64,000 bases of DNA, taken from the NCBI GenBank assembly GCA_016194285.1, contig JACQBZ010000028.1, positions 25,320 to 89,319 of the forward strand, given 5' to 3'. Position numbers and translations under genes: made by a program. Position 1 is the stretch's first letter. Each line of letters begins with the position of its first letter. The notes beneath the pieces were generated by a model that did no database searches, was not told the DNA's origin, and worked only from the letters and a program-made list of their open reading frames with translations. This document shows, piece after piece, positions 31,881-39,659 of the stretch. Source of the stretch: Nitrospirota bacterium (GTDB lineage: Bacteria; Nitrospirota; Nitrospiria; JACQBZ01).

Positions 31881-32360
31881 ATGGGTATGGCGCACAAAAA
31901 AATCGTCATGGAACATGATAAGAAGATCGCGCTGGTCGCGCACGACAATAAGAAGCGCGATTTGGTCGAATGGGCTAAATACAATCGAACGCTCTTGGCT
32001 CACCACAAGATCTATGCGACGGGGACAACCGGGGGAATCCTGGAGCAGGAGCTCGGCTTCAAAATCAACAAACTCCAGAGCGGACCGTTGGGCGGCGATC
32101 AGCAGATCGGCGCCAAAATCGCCGACCGGGAGATCGATTTTCTCATCTTTTTCTGGGATCCGCTCGAACCGCAGCCTCACGACCCGGACGTCAAGGCGCT
32201 CTTGCGCATGGCGGTGGTCTGGAACATTCCCGTCGCCTGCAATCGCTCCACCGCCGATTTCATGATCTCCTCTCCCCTGATGGACAGCGATTACGAGCGT
32301 CTTGTGCCCGATTATGACGTGTATCGAACCCGGAAGATCGACGAGGACAAATCATCGTAG
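31881..32360 (+). CDS. mgsA: Methylglyoxal synthase
   Basis: [46 protein letters not shown]. Confidence 0.96.
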   Translation: MGMAHKKIVMEHDKKIALVAHDNKKRDLVEWAKYNRTLLAHHKIYATGTTGGILEQELGFKINKLQSGPLGGDQQIGAKIADREIDFLIFFWDPLEPQPHDPDVKALLRMAVVWNIPVACNRSTADFMISSPLMDSDYERLVPDYDVYRTRKIDEDKSS

Positions 32361-32448
32361 GCCATCGAAACCGTCGACAAGATGACGGATCGTCCAATCG
32401 CGGCCAAAGTTCGTGGGCACTTTCCCACCCCCACGGTTGCCTCTCGTT

Positions 32449-32512
32449 TCAAAATCCTCTCTGATTCTCAAAAGGCGAGATATTGATTTCCAGTAGATTT
32501 AGGCATATCCTT
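32449..32512 (+). repeat. 64-bp direct repeat, copy 2
   Basis: 55/64 identical to 29671-29734. Confidence 0.85.
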
Positions 32513-32544
32513 TCGAGGGGTCCGGATGAGTTTTCAAAAGAAAA

Positions 32545-33345
32545 ATGCCCAGCAAAACTGCATTTCACATAATCCGAGCTGTCGGAGGTTCCTTTCTGTT
32601 TCTTCTCTCTGCCTGCGCTGCTGTCCCCCTTCCCAAATCTCTTCCTCTGGATCATCCCCCGCGTCTGGGAATTATCGGCTTTAAAGTAACCGCTCCGATT
32701 TATCACCTCTCTGCCATCGCTGAGATACCCAAAGAATTAAAACGTGAGGAAGAGCCCATCCTTCTTAATGAAGCTCTGCGTCGCGTCGAGGACCAAGCGG
32801 CGAGCTTTCTTACGGCTGCCCTAATTAAAGAGGGTAACGTCGCTCCTGTGACGGTTCCGGAAGGACTCTATGGAACGCGGAGAGGCGAGCGGCCTACGCA
32901 GTCGCAGGTCGATCAACTTCGGAAAGAATTGGGGGTGGATGCCATCCTTTACGGCCAGATTCCCTGGTATGGAAAGACCCATCCGATTTATCCCATCTTG
33001 GGCGAAAGTCTGGACATCGCTGCGGAGAGCGTGGTCCTCGGCCTAGTGACCCACTGGAACCCGGTGTTGATCTCCGCCAACGCCGGCTTTGAACTTCTGA
33101 CCAGCACCCCCCTCTGGTTTGGTGGGGCCTATCTTTTTGGATGGGCCTTCCGGCCGGTAACGGTCGAGGCTTGGGTGATCTCGGCTGCGGATGGAAAGGA
33201 GGTCTGGCGCAAATCGATCGACCAGATTCTCTCGCGAAAGATTCTAAAGAGCTATCCCGAATCCGAGCGATCCAAGAAACAGATCCAGCTCGAGGCCTCT
33301 CTTCGTGGAGCTACTGAGGCCCTAGCCAAGTCTTTGAGCAGGTAG
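32545..33345 (+). CDS. Hypothetical lipoprotein
   Basis: Lipobox LLSA-C after a hydrophobic stretch; 266 aa ORF. Confidence 0.65.
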   Translation: MPSKTAFHIIRAVGGSFLFLLSACAAVPLPKSLPLDHPPRLGIIGFKVTAPIYHLSAIAEIPKELKREEEPILLNEALRRVEDQAASFLTAALIKEGNVAPVTVPEGLYGTRRGERPTQSQVDQLRKELGVDAILYGQIPWYGKTHPIYPILGESLDIAAESVVLGLVTHWNPVLISANAGFELLTSTPLWFGGAYLFGWAFRPVTVEAWVISAADGKEVWRKSIDQILSRKILKSYPESERSKKQIQLEASLRGATEALAKSLSR

Positions 33346-33380
33346 CTCTTCGAATTCATAGTTTTGGGTAGAGGCATTGT

Positions 33381-33406
33381 TGGACTGAACCCCTAAAATG
33401 AGACAC
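33381..33406 (+). mobile_element. Isolated IS3-family-like terminal inverted repeat remnant
   Basis: TGGACTGAACCCCTAAAATGAGACAC resembles IS3/IS150-type ends; followed by an RBS-like AAGGAGGAGG but no transposase. Confidence 0.4.
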
Positions 33407-33522
33407 TCGGAATTAGCACACTTGAGCACAAGGAGGAGGAGTGGACCGCACCCTTCGATTTGGACAACCCTCACCCGTTCCGAATATTCGCCCAATGGAC
33501 GACTCCCGATGCGGGTCGAGGA

Positions 33523-33912
33523 TCAACCCTCTTTGTCTTTGTCGTGATGTAGCTCTCTGTGGTCTTTGCGGCGATCCTTTTTATCGGCCTTAAGATCGAC
33601 ACGATCCTTGCGAGTGTCCCTGCGGTCGCCACGAACGTCTCGCCGGTCATGTCTCAACGCGGCCCTGTCTTGATGGGCGGCCGCGCCGTTCCCCGATTTG
33701 ACGTCCTGATGCAGTTGATGACGGTCGGCGTTGCGTTGCTTGATATCTTTGCGCCGGTCCGCTTTGTCCGCTTGAATGTCCTTTTTATCCTGATGAATAT
33801 CCTGAGTGTCCTTTTGAACGTCGTTCCGATCCTGTTTCACGTCGTCCGAATAGGCCGGTGTAATCAACGCGAACGCGCTCAAAATTCCGGCTGCCAATAG
33901 TGCGTTCTTCAT
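33523..33912 (-). CDS. Secreted low-complexity protein with DxxD heptad repeats
   Basis: Signal peptide MKNALLAAGILSAFALITPAYS; repeats QDRNDVQ/KDTQDIH/QDKKDIQ/HDRRDVR/GDRRDTR; RBS GGAGG. Confidence 0.7.
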   Translation of the reverse strand: MKNALLAAGILSAFALITPAYSDDVKQDRNDVQKDTQDIHQDKKDIQADKADRRKDIKQRNADRHQLHQDVKSGNGAAAHQDRAALRHDRRDVRGDRRDTRKDRVDLKADKKDRRKDHRELHHDKDKEG

Positions 33913-34183
33913 TCTTTGATCCTCCTTTTTAGCTCGAGCCACTTGATGCATCTCGATAAATCTGCGCCAAATAAATATACCTCGCTCGCTTTGTCTGTCA
34001 AGCCCGATTCGCAGGTTTCATTGACTCTCGCCGTCGTTTGTGTTAAAAATAGCGCATTCAGACAATCGCATGTTACTCAAGTCTCCGTTCACCCGGTAGG
34101 GATAGGTCGATGTGTCTGCCTTGCGCGGCCGCGGGCCACCACCCCTACGAAGGGTGAACGGAGTATAAAAAGGGTTATCCCTC

Positions 34184-34936
34184 ATGGGCGGGCATTCGCA
34201 CTGGTCGACGATCAAACGAAAGAAGGGCGCCGAGGACGCCAAGCGGGGGAAGGTCTTTACCAAGATCATCCGCGAGATCACGACGGCGGCCCGCGTCGGC
34301 GGCGGTGATCCGAACGGAAATCCAAGGCTGCGGTTGGCGATCGTGAAGGCGAAAGACGTCAACATGCCGGCCGACAACATCAAGAAGGCGATCCAGCGCG
34401 GGACGGGCGAGCTCCCGGGCGTACATTATGAGGAGGCGGTCTACGAAGGCTACGGCCCGGGCGGCGTGGCGATGCTGATCGAGACCACCTCGGACAATAA
34501 AAACCGCAGCGTCTCCGAGATCCGCAACCTGCTGGAGAAAAACGGCGGCCGGATGGCCGACGCCGGCAGCGTGGCCTGGATGTTTCATCGCAAGGGCCGG
34601 ATCGTGGTGGATAAATCCAAGGCGGACGAGGAAAAGCTGATGAACCTCGTTTTAGAGGCCGGGGCGGAGGATCTCCGCACGGAGGATGACAGCTTCGAAG
34701 TGATCACCTCACCCCATGATTTTGAGAACGTGCGAAAGGTCCTGGAGAATCAGAAGATCGAGACGATTTCGGCCGAGGTGGCCTCCGTTCCTCAAAATTA
34801 TGTGAGTCTGCAGGGGAAGGATGCCGAGCAGATGCTCAAGCTGATGGAAGCACTCGAGGATCACGACGACGTTCAGAACGTCCATGCGAATTTTGATATT
34901 CCCCAGGACGTGATGGAAAAGGTGGCCGCGAAATAA
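34184..34936 (+). CDS. yebC: YebC/PmpR family protein
   Basis: [36 protein letters not shown]; upstream of ruvCAB. Confidence 0.95.
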   Translation: MGGHSHWSTIKRKKGAEDAKRGKVFTKIIREITTAARVGGGDPNGNPRLRLAIVKAKDVNMPADNIKKAIQRGTGELPGVHYEEAVYEGYGPGGVAMLIETTSDNKNRSVSEIRNLLEKNGGRMADAGSVAWMFHRKGRIVVDKSKADEEKLMNLVLEAGAEDLRTEDDSFEVITSPHDFENVRKVLENQKIETISAEVASVPQNYVSLQGKDAEQMLKLMEALEDHDDVQNVHANFDIPQDVMEKVAAK

Positions 34937-34952
34937 TAAGGATGAGGCCTGC

Positions 34953-35489
34953 ATGCGCGTGATCGGAATTGATCCGGGAACCGTGACGACGGGCTACGGG
35001 GTGGTGGATGAAAAGGACCACCGGCTTTCGTACGTCGCCTCCGGTTCGATCACAACCGCCGCACGACAATCGCTCCCGAAACGGCTCAAAAAAATCTATG
35101 ATGAGCTGGTGGACCTGATTCGAACGCAGAATCCGACGGCCGTGGTGGTCGAGAACACCTTCGTCTCCAAAAATTTCCAAAGCGCGTTGAAACTGGGCCA
35201 GGCCCACGGCATCGCCCTCCTGGCGGCCGAGGCGTGCGGCCTTCCGGTCTATGAATGCATGCCGACCGAGGTGAAGCTGGCCGTGGTCGGGTACGGCGCG
35301 GCCCGCAAGGATCAGGTCGAGAGCATGGTCGGCCGCCTGTTGAACCTCAAGACCCCGCCCGATTCTCACCATGCGGCGGATGCGCTGGCCGTTGCGATCT
35401 GCTATCTGCATTCAGCCAAGATCCGGGCTTTGACAAACCTGTCTGCTGAGAACCGCGGCATGCCGGCGCGTCGGTCCTGCCCGTTATGA
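34953..35489 (+). CDS. ruvC: Holliday junction resolvase RuvC
   Basis: IGIDPG, VVENTF, GYGAARKDQV, HAADALAVAIC. Confidence 0.96.
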   Translation: MRVIGIDPGTVTTGYGVVDEKDHRLSYVASGSITTAARQSLPKRLKKIYDELVDLIRTQNPTAVVVENTFVSKNFQSALKLGQAHGIALLAAEACGLPVYECMPTEVKLAVVGYGAARKDQVESMVGRLLNLKTPPDSHHAADALAVAICYLHSAKIRALTNLSAENRGMPARRSCPL

Positions 35490-36106
35490 TCGCCTCGCTC
35501 ACCGGGATCTTGAAACAGAAGACGCCCCACTCGGTCATCGTGGATATTCACGGCGTGGGCTACGAGGCAATCGTTCCGCTGACGACGTTCTATCAGCTTC
35601 CCTCGCAAAACGAGACGGTCCATCTCTGGACCTATACCCATGTACGCGAGGATGCCCTCCAGCTGTTCGGGTTTTCGACGGTGGAGGAAAAAAACGTTTT
35701 TCTGCTGCTGCTGGGGATCTCGGGTATCGGGCCGAAACTAGCGATCAATATTCTGTCCGGACTCCCGCTGGCCGAGCTGGTCGCGGCGGTCAAAAAGGGG
35801 GACATCGCGAAATTGAGCTCGATCCCGGGCGTCGGCCAGAAAACGGCGTCCCGTCTGGCGCTGGAGCTGAAAGAAAAGATCCTGACCGTGGCGGTGGATG
35901 TAATATCGGCCGGCCCGATCGAAGAAAAGGATGCTCGGCGGGTTGAGGATGCCGTCTCGGCGCTTGTTAATCTGGGTTATAAATCCCCGCTGGCCAAGGA
36001 TGCCATCAAGAAGGTCCTGAACTCCAGGAACGGCGAGTCCGGCCGCGAAGGGTTCCCCATCGAGGAACTGATCAAGGAGACCTTGAAGGTTCTTTCAAGA
36101 ACGTGA
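35486..36106 (+). CDS. ruvA: Holliday junction branch migration protein RuvA
   Basis: [39 protein letters not shown]. Confidence 0.96.
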   Translation: MIASLTGILKQKTPHSVIVDIHGVGYEAIVPLTTFYQLPSQNETVHLWTYTHVREDALQLFGFSTVEEKNVFLLLLGISGIGPKLAINILSGLPLAELVAAVKKGDIAKLSSIPGVGQKTASRLALELKEKILTVAVDVISAGPIEEKDARRVEDAVSALVNLGYKSPLAKDAIKKVLNSRNGESGREGFPIEELIKETLKVLSRT

Positions 36107-36113
36107 GTGTCTG

Positions 36114-37145
36114 ATGCCGGAACATATACTGACATCCCGGTTGAACGAAGAGGAGAAGACCTACGAGGCCTCGCTCCGTCCGACGTCGCTTGCGGAGTAC
36201 ATCGGCCAAACGAAGCTCAAAGAGAACCTCACGATTTATATCCAGGCCGCCCGGGACCGGGGCGATGTCCTGGATCATGTGATCTTCTACGGACCACCTG
36301 GGCTGGGCAAGACGACGCTGGCCCATATTATCGCACGGGAGCTGGGCGTCAATATCAAGGCCACGTCCGGACCGGCGTTGGAACATCCCGGCGATCTCGC
36401 CGCGATCTTAAGCAACCTCTCGGAGCGGGACGTCTTTTTCATCGACGAAATCCACCGCCTCCATCCGGCGGTGGAGGAGATTCTTTATCCGGCCATGGAG
36501 GATTTTCAGCTGGACCTCGTGATCGGACAGGGTCCCTCGGCGCGAAGCGTCAAGCTGGCCCTGCCCCGGTTCACCCTAATCGGGGCCACGACGCGAGCCG
36601 GTCTGCTCACCTCCCCATTGCGGGAGCGATTCGGCGTGATCAACCGGTTGGACTTCTACCGGCTGCAGGAGCTGGAAGAGATCGTGAACCGTTCGGCGCG
36701 GATTTTGGGAATCGAAGTCGATGCCGCCGGGGCCAAAGAAGTCGCGCGCCGCGCGCGGGGGACGCCTCGGATCGCGAACCGGCTGCTCAAGCGCGTACGC
36801 GATTTTGCGCAGGTCAAGGCCGACGGACGGATCACATTGAACGTCGCAAGCGAAGCCCTTGGCCGGATGGAGATCGATGACAAGGGCTTCGATACGATGG
36901 ACCGAAAGCTACTGCTGACGATCATCGAAAAATTCGGCGGCGGCCCGGTCGGCGTCGAGACGCTCGCGGCGGCCGTCAGCGAGGAAAAGGACACGATCGA
37001 GGATGTCTACGAACCGTTTCTGATCCAGGGCGGCTATCTTGACCGCACCCCCCGCGGCCGCCAGGCAACGCCGCTCGCCTATCAACATTTCGGCAAGCCC
37101 GTTCCCGTCAGCATGCAGAAACCCGAACAGCCTAAGCTGCTTTGA
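36114..37145 (+). CDS. ruvB: Holliday junction helicase RuvB
   Basis: [44 protein letters not shown]. Confidence 0.98.
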   Translation: MPEHILTSRLNEEEKTYEASLRPTSLAEYIGQTKLKENLTIYIQAARDRGDVLDHVIFYGPPGLGKTTLAHIIARELGVNIKATSGPALEHPGDLAAILSNLSERDVFFIDEIHRLHPAVEEILYPAMEDFQLDLVIGQGPSARSVKLALPRFTLIGATTRAGLLTSPLRERFGVINRLDFYRLQELEEIVNRSARILGIEVDAAGAKEVARRARGTPRIANRLLKRVRDFAQVKADGRITLNVASEALGRMEIDDKGFDTMDRKLLLTIIEKFGGGPVGVETLAAAVSEEKDTIEDVYEPFLIQGGYLDRTPRGRQATPLAYQHFGKPVPVSMQKPEQPKLL

Positions 37146-37302
37146 TCCTGGTCAGTCGGAAAAGGGGATAGGCTACTTAATCCGGGATTTTCGTGGGCGT
37201 CTCCGAGGGCGAAAAGTTAATTCTATCCCCGATGACTTGGCCACTTAAAATAGCCGTTGCTTGCGAACCGTGACCAAAAAGGGAGGGAGGGGAGACCGGA
37301 TT

Positions 37303-37824
37303 ATGATTTGTACATTAGAATCGCACATCAACCGCAAGCGAAACAAAAGGCGGTGGCGCGTAGTAGTGATGATTTTATTTTTCACTTTATTTCTATTTCC
37401 ATCGGTCAATCATGCGACCACTTGGGAAAAATTTGACTTCTTAGGCAGTGATAAAAATGATAAAGTGGGAGTAACGTACTACGTTGGCACTCCTGTTAAC
37501 GCGATCGACGCCAACACGTTCCGTATCTGGTACAAATTTGTGGCAGAGTTCGGATCAACTTTTCATAATATTACCATTGAGTATATTGAAATCAACTGTA
37601 AAGAGAAGAAAAGGACCATCCTTCAGAGAACAGAGACTGGTGATAACAGCCCCAAAGCGGAGACGGGTGCCGAGCAAATTGGGGCGGTGATGTATATCGA
37701 GCCAGGGAGTATCTATGACGGTTTTGCAAATAACTATTGTGAAGATTTAAAGACAATATTCGGATCTCAGAAAAGCGAAAAAGAGTCGAAACCGAATGGC
37801 GCTGAAAATGAAAGGTCAAAATGA
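37303..37824 (+). CDS. Exported hypothetical protein, surface-adhesin E-like
   Basis: Signal peptide; RIWYK...EINCKEKK...IEPGSIYD..ANNYC pattern; AT-richer than its neighbours. Confidence 0.55.
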   Translation: MICTLESHINRKRNKRRWRVVVMILFFTLFLFPSVNHATTWEKFDFLGSDKNDKVGVTYYVGTPVNAIDANTFRIWYKFVAEFGSTFHNITIEYIEINCKEKKRTILQRTETGDNSPKAETGAEQIGAVMYIEPGSIYDGFANNYCEDLKTIFGSQKSEKESKPNGAENERSK

Positions 37825-37874
37825 GCCCACCCACATGACCAAAAAACGGGGTCGCGTCTTGCATTAACACATTT

Positions 37875-38165
37875 TCAACGGCGCTGGGCGGGTTCGTAGA
37901 CGCCTATGAGAATCAGCAGGCCGGTTTCAAGGAGGATCGATACGCTCTTGTCCGCGCAGGCATCGGCCAGCTTTTCACGTGCTTTGTCCGAAAGCGAATC
38001 CGGCGGAAACACCAGGATGTGAGCGTCTTCCCCCTCATATCGGGCAAGCGACACCTCGATCACGGCTTCAGGACACTGCTTCTTGATGAAAAGACTAATG
38101 TCCGTTACGTAACGATCCAATAAGGACCGGCGACTTTTTGTCGACTGCGTCATTTTATCGGGCAT
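37875..38165 (-). CDS. Small hypothetical protein (possibly minimal nucleotidyltransferase-like)
   Basis: 96-aa ORF, CPEA.IEV....YEGEDAHILVFPP; weak resemblance only. Confidence 0.5.
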   Translation of the reverse strand: MPDKMTQSTKSRRSLLDRYVTDISLFIKKQCPEAVIEVSLARYEGEDAHILVFPPDSLSDKAREKLADACADKSVSILLETGLLILIGVYEPAQRR

Positions 38166-38336
38166 GAAGAACCTTTTTCCTCACTTGCTGGACGATCTCT
38201 TCAATCTTTTCTATCGACGTGTTCAGGGATACTGTACTTTATTTTCCCTGAGGTGGTCAAGGAGACTCTGAGATGAGCGTGGTGAGGCACAAGGATGCAT
38301 ATAAAGGGATCAAATTTTTGTCCAGTGCTTGGAACA

Positions 38337-38365
38337 TTGACACTGCGTGCGGCATCTCTTACAAT
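38337..38365 (+). promoter_or_regulatory. Sigma70 promoter
   Basis: TTGACA 38337-38342, 17 nt, TACAAT 38360-38365. Confidence 0.7.
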
Positions 38366-38396
38366 CGAGACCTTATATTCGTGGAGGAAAATCATC

Positions 38397-39257
38397 ATGG
38401 CTAATTTTGATCCGCAACAATTTGTCGAAATACAACGTCAAGACTGGAACCGCGTCTCATCTGCATGGGAGAAATGGGATGCCTGGCTGGATATCAGCAT
38501 GGGGTCATGCAACCGGCGTTTGGTAGAGAGGGCCCGGCTTGCGCAGGGCCATCGGGTTTTAGACCTGGGTTGCGGAACCGGATATCCCGCGATCCCGGCT
38601 GCGCTTCGGGTCGGTCCGAGCGGGCATGTGACGGGCGTTGATCTTGCGGAAGCGATGATCGAGGTCGCCTGTCGGAAGGCCGACGCGCTGGGGCTGAAGC
38701 ATGTGACGTTCCGAGCGTGCGATGTCGCGTCTCTGCCTTTTGAAGACGCCGGCTTCGATTCGGTCATCTCCCGGTTCTGTCTGATGTTTCTTCCTCATCT
38801 GGATAAGACCCTTCATGAGACCCGCCGGGTCCTCAAGCCGGGCGGAACCGTCGCGGCGGCCGTCTGGGCGGTGCGCGAGAAAAATCCGTTTCTGTCGCTT
38901 CCGATGGGGGTGCTGAAGGACTTTATCGAGATGCCGCCGATGGATCCGTCCATCCCGGGCATTTTCTATCTGGGCCAACCGGGTGATCTGGTGAATCGAA
39001 TGAAGGCCGCCGGTTTTGCAAATCTCGTGGAGGAAGAGGTGCCGGTGGAAGGGATCTATACCTCCGGCCGGGAATATCTGGAATGCCTTCAGGAGATCGC
39101 GGCGCCTCTCCAAACGTTGTTCGCCAAAGTGCCGTCCGAAAAGCGGCGGGCGGTCGAGGACGGAATCGCAGCCGCGGCCGAAAAATTTCGCCGGGATGGG
39201 AAAGTCCGCATCCCCGGGGTGGCCCTGGCGGTCTCGGGAATCAAGCCTTCCGTTTGA
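38397..39257 (+). CDS. Class I SAM-dependent methyltransferase
   Basis: VLDLGCGTG, GVDLAEAM, LPFEDAGFD, RVLKPGG; RBS GGAGG before ATG 38397. Confidence 0.88.
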   Translation: MANFDPQQFVEIQRQDWNRVSSAWEKWDAWLDISMGSCNRRLVERARLAQGHRVLDLGCGTGYPAIPAALRVGPSGHVTGVDLAEAMIEVACRKADALGLKHVTFRACDVASLPFEDAGFDSVISRFCLMFLPHLDKTLHETRRVLKPGGTVAAAVWAVREKNPFLSLPMGVLKDFIEMPPMDPSIPGIFYLGQPGDLVNRMKAAGFANLVEEEVPVEGIYTSGREYLECLQEIAAPLQTLFAKVPSEKRRAVEDGIAAAAEKFRRDGKVRIPGVALAVSGIKPSV

Positions 39258-39422
39258 GCATTCGTGACCGCCGGCAAGGAGGCCCGCACCTGCTGACCGC
39301 GTTCCTGGCCGATCGCTCACACTCCGCTAAGATCATTGAGTTTTTTTGAAATTTGTTCTCGCCCACCTCTTGCCTTGACAAAATACAGGGCCCTGCTAAT
39401 CTTTTATTAGACAGCTGAATCG

Positions 39423-39518
39423 ATCCAAGAAAAACGCAAACCAGTCGAAAGGCTGGGACGCAAAGCTTCAAGGCTTCGCCTTCAGCGATGAAGGCATGCT
39501 AGTTGGGCTGCCCTGGAT
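39423..39518 (+). ncRNA. GEMM-I (cyclic di-GMP-I class) riboswitch aptamer
   Basis: GCAAACCAGTC-GAAA-GGCTGGGACGCAAAGC...GCTAGTTGGGCTGCC; P1 ATCCAAG/CCTGGAT; upstream promoter TTGACA 39375, TGnTAATCT. Confidence 0.9.
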
Positions 39519-39544
39519 TAACAAAAGAATGTTTTTCCATGCGT

Positions 39545-39576
39545 AGCCCATTTCTGAAAAGAAATGGGCTTTTTTA
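39545..39576 (+). terminator. Riboswitch expression-platform terminator
   Basis: AGCCCATTTCT-GAAA-AGAAATGGGCT followed by a T-run. Confidence 0.85.
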
Positions 39577-39659
39577 TTGCGGATCTGCGGGCGACGGTTC
39601 GATTCGGAGGATGAGGTTAAAGCACTTAACCGAAAGTCCACTGGGAGGAGGCAAAGAAA

